From the NCBI RefSeq assembly GCF_964204645.1, contig NC_134033.1:9060655-9124654 (forward strand): a stretch of DNA of 64,000 nt, given 5' to 3'. The notes under the pieces were generated by a model, which made no database searches, was not told where the DNA came from, and saw only the letters and a list, made by a program, of their open reading frames with translations. Origin of the DNA: Tubulanus polymorphus (lineage: Eukaryota; Animalia; Nemertea). Every line of letters starts with the position of its first letter. Position 1 is the stretch's first letter. Positions 62,201 to 64,000 of the stretch are shown piece after piece. Both the position numbers and the translations under genes were made by a program.

Positions 62201-63240
62201 AAAAGTTAATGGTAACTCAAGAAGATAAATATAATTACGTTGTGCATTATAGAATGTTGAAGTTTTATTTGAGACAAGGAATGATATTAAAAAAAGTACA
62301 TAGATATATTTCATTCAGTCAATCTAAATGGTTAGAAAAATATATAGATTTTAATACTACACAGAGAACTAAATCTAAAACTGATTTTGAGAAGGATTTT
62401 TTTAAGTTAATGAACAATGCGTTCTATGGTAAGACTTGTGAAAATATTAGAAATAGAAATGATATTGAGTTAGTTAGTAATGGTAAAAGGATAAGGCATT
62501 TACAATCATATCCTAAGTTTATAGGTAACAGAATATTTGATGAAAATTTAGCAGCAGTTAAGATGAGAAGAACTTCAATGAAATTTAATAAACCAATTTA
62601 TGTTGGAGCTGCAGTTTTAGAAATTTCAAAGCTATTGATGTATGAATTCTATTATAATGTATTACAACCACTTTTTGGAGAAAAACATATAGAAATATTA
62701 TATTTTGATACAGATTCTTACATATTAAAGATAAAAACTGATAACATAACTGATGATTTAAAAACATTAAAACATCATTTTGATTTCAGTAACTATCCTA
62801 AAGATCATGAATTGTTTAGCAATGATAATAAAAACGTTCCTGGGAAGTTTAAGGATGAATTAGGTGGTGAAGAAATGATAGAGTTCATTGGTATTAGATC
62901 TAAAATGTATAGTTATAAAACTAAAACTCATGAAGCTAAAAAGTTAAAAGGAATTACCAAAAGCGTTGTTGAAAAGAATATTCATTTCAAAGATTACATC
63001 AATTGTATATTTAATGAAGAAGTTAGAAAACATAAGATGAAATGTTTAAGATCTGAAGATCATGAAATGTTTATTGAAGAAATTGAAAAGATAAGTCTAA
63101 ACCCATTTGATGATAAAAGATATATTTTAGATGATGGAATTCATACAGTTGCTTATGGTTGCAATTTAGATGAATACTTAAAATTTAAAAGAGAAGAAAC
63201 AAAAGAAAATGAGATTATGAAAAGGATTCTAGCGTGTTAA
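59208..63240 (+). CDS. Protein-primed family B DNA polymerase with N-terminal zinc fingers, vOTU-like protease and inserted HNH/endonuclease VII domain (frameshift near 59262; main ORF 59305-63240)
   Basis: Exo YGDFES, FHNLSGYD, YLKSDV; Pol YIDANNLYGWAM, KLMNNAFYGK, YFDTDS; NEDDKCFLWAI...NHYMWI; CYYC...VRDHDH...GAAHENCN. Confidence 0.95.
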
Positions 63241-63268
63241 TCAATTTCAATAAAAATTTGTATAATAA

Positions 63269-63610
63269 ATGGAGAGTAAACAAGTACACAGTGAATTCTT
63301 AGATAGAATTAAAGATACTTCAAGCGTCAAATCTGTAGATTATAAATTTAAAAAACTAACTGAGTTAACAATTCACAAGAAATATTTAATTACTAACATT
63401 GAAACAATTACTAATAAATATGGAGATAAATTAGTAATTCATTTAGAATATGAAGGATTAAAAGGAAATAAATATAAATTCAGAACTTATTTACCAGATA
63501 GATTTCATAGATTATCAAGTGAAGATCTAGAAGAATTATATTCTGGTGATTTCTATTTCATATATAAAGGTAAGAATGAAAAAGGGCACCATGAAATAGA
63601 TTTCGAATAA
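63269..63610 (+). CDS. 113-aa Polinton-associated protein, possibly an OB-fold ssDNA-binding protein
   Basis: Intact ORF 28 nt after pPolB; FKKLTEL...TNKYGDKLVIHL...YLPDRF pattern recalled from small Polinton proteins; function inferred. Confidence 0.6.
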   Translation: MESKQVHSEFLDRIKDTSSVKSVDYKFKKLTELTIHKKYLITNIETITNKYGDKLVIHLEYEGLKGNKYKFRTYLPDRFHRLSSEDLEELYSGDFYFIYKGKNEKGHHEIDFE

Positions 63611-63627
63611 GAAAATATGTAAAATAA

Positions 63628-64000
63628 ATGGTGGAATTAAAAGAATATAGAATATTTGTTGATTCTAGAAAACTTACAAATTATAAATCTCATAATTTAT
63701 TAGTACAATTAGATAGAGAATTTAAGAATTGTGTTGATTTAAAATTAGTAAATATAAGTTTATGTAATTCTTTTTACAATGTATCGGATAAGTCTATTGA
63801 ACATAGAGTCTTTTTAATTCATGATAGAAATAAAAGTAAATGGTTTCATCTTTATCTTAAACCAGGATTATATAATTTAGAAACATTAGCTCAAGAAATT
63901 AATAGAAGTGCTCGGTTGAAAATGGGTGCATCTGCTGGATTTGGATTAAGACTGATTAAAAGTGATAGTTCTGATAAAATAAGAATAAAATTAGGTAATG
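63628..64000 (+). CDS. Minor capsid (penton)-like protein, runs off the window
   Basis: Open frame missing from the ORF track: MVELKEYRIFVDSRK...LKLVNISLCNSFYNVS...LKPGLYNLETLAQEIN, matching the (I/V)DSR / NSFYNV / GxY pattern of PLV/virophage-type pentons. Confidence 0.7.
   Translation, partial: MVELKEYRIFVDSRKLTNYKSHNLLVQLDREFKNCVDLKLVNISLCNSFYNVSDKSIEHRVFLIHDRNKSKWFHLYLKPGLYNLETLAQEINRSARLKMGASAGFGLRLIKSDSSDKIRIKLGN

Larger units (their letters stand above)
58585..64000 (+). mobile_element. Polinton/Maverick (adintovirus-like) element, left portion
   Basis: Abrupt switch to very AT-rich DNA at 5-prime AGAGT...; pPolB, small ORF and penton-like ORF tightly packed; integrase and right end not in window. 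Confidence 0.88.

Noticed and set aside
59208-64000. Bacterial/phage contamination or chimeric assembly
   Set aside because: Domain architecture fits eukaryotic Polinton-class pPolB, and the junction lies cleanly inside a host retrotransposon; read support should still be checked.

Overview
Repeat-rich animal genomic DNA (probably a marine invertebrate; the species cannot be fixed from sequence alone). 1-33.5 kb: a minus-strand SLC25A30/SLC25A14 (KMCP1/BMCP1-like) mitochondrial carrier gene. Nine coding exons were reconstructed with phase-compatible GT-AG junctions, and the last visible donor is U12-type (GTATCCTTT). The introns hold a DIRS-in-DIRS tyrosine-recombinase retrotransposon nest, LINE fragments, a Gypsy relic, many MITEs and a Penelope-type hammerhead pair. 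34-53 kb: nested MITEs/HINEs, a decayed CR1 and an intron-containing Harbinger transposon. 52.7-58.6 kb: a BEL/Pao LTR retrotransposon, cut at its integrase tail by a very AT-rich, near-intact Polinton/adintovirus-like element (pPolB with ZnF, vOTU and HNH domains; a small ORF; a penton-like ORF) that runs off the right edge. The most unusual feature is the element's terminus: a ~415-nt self-complementary hairpin, paired to the terminal base, with strand-biased G-T wobbles and a GC-rich pentamer loop, resembling a parvovirus/poxvirus telomere rather than a plain Polinton TIR. Its genes start at TAAA(A)TG motifs. All protein family calls come from motif recognition by eye, not database searches.
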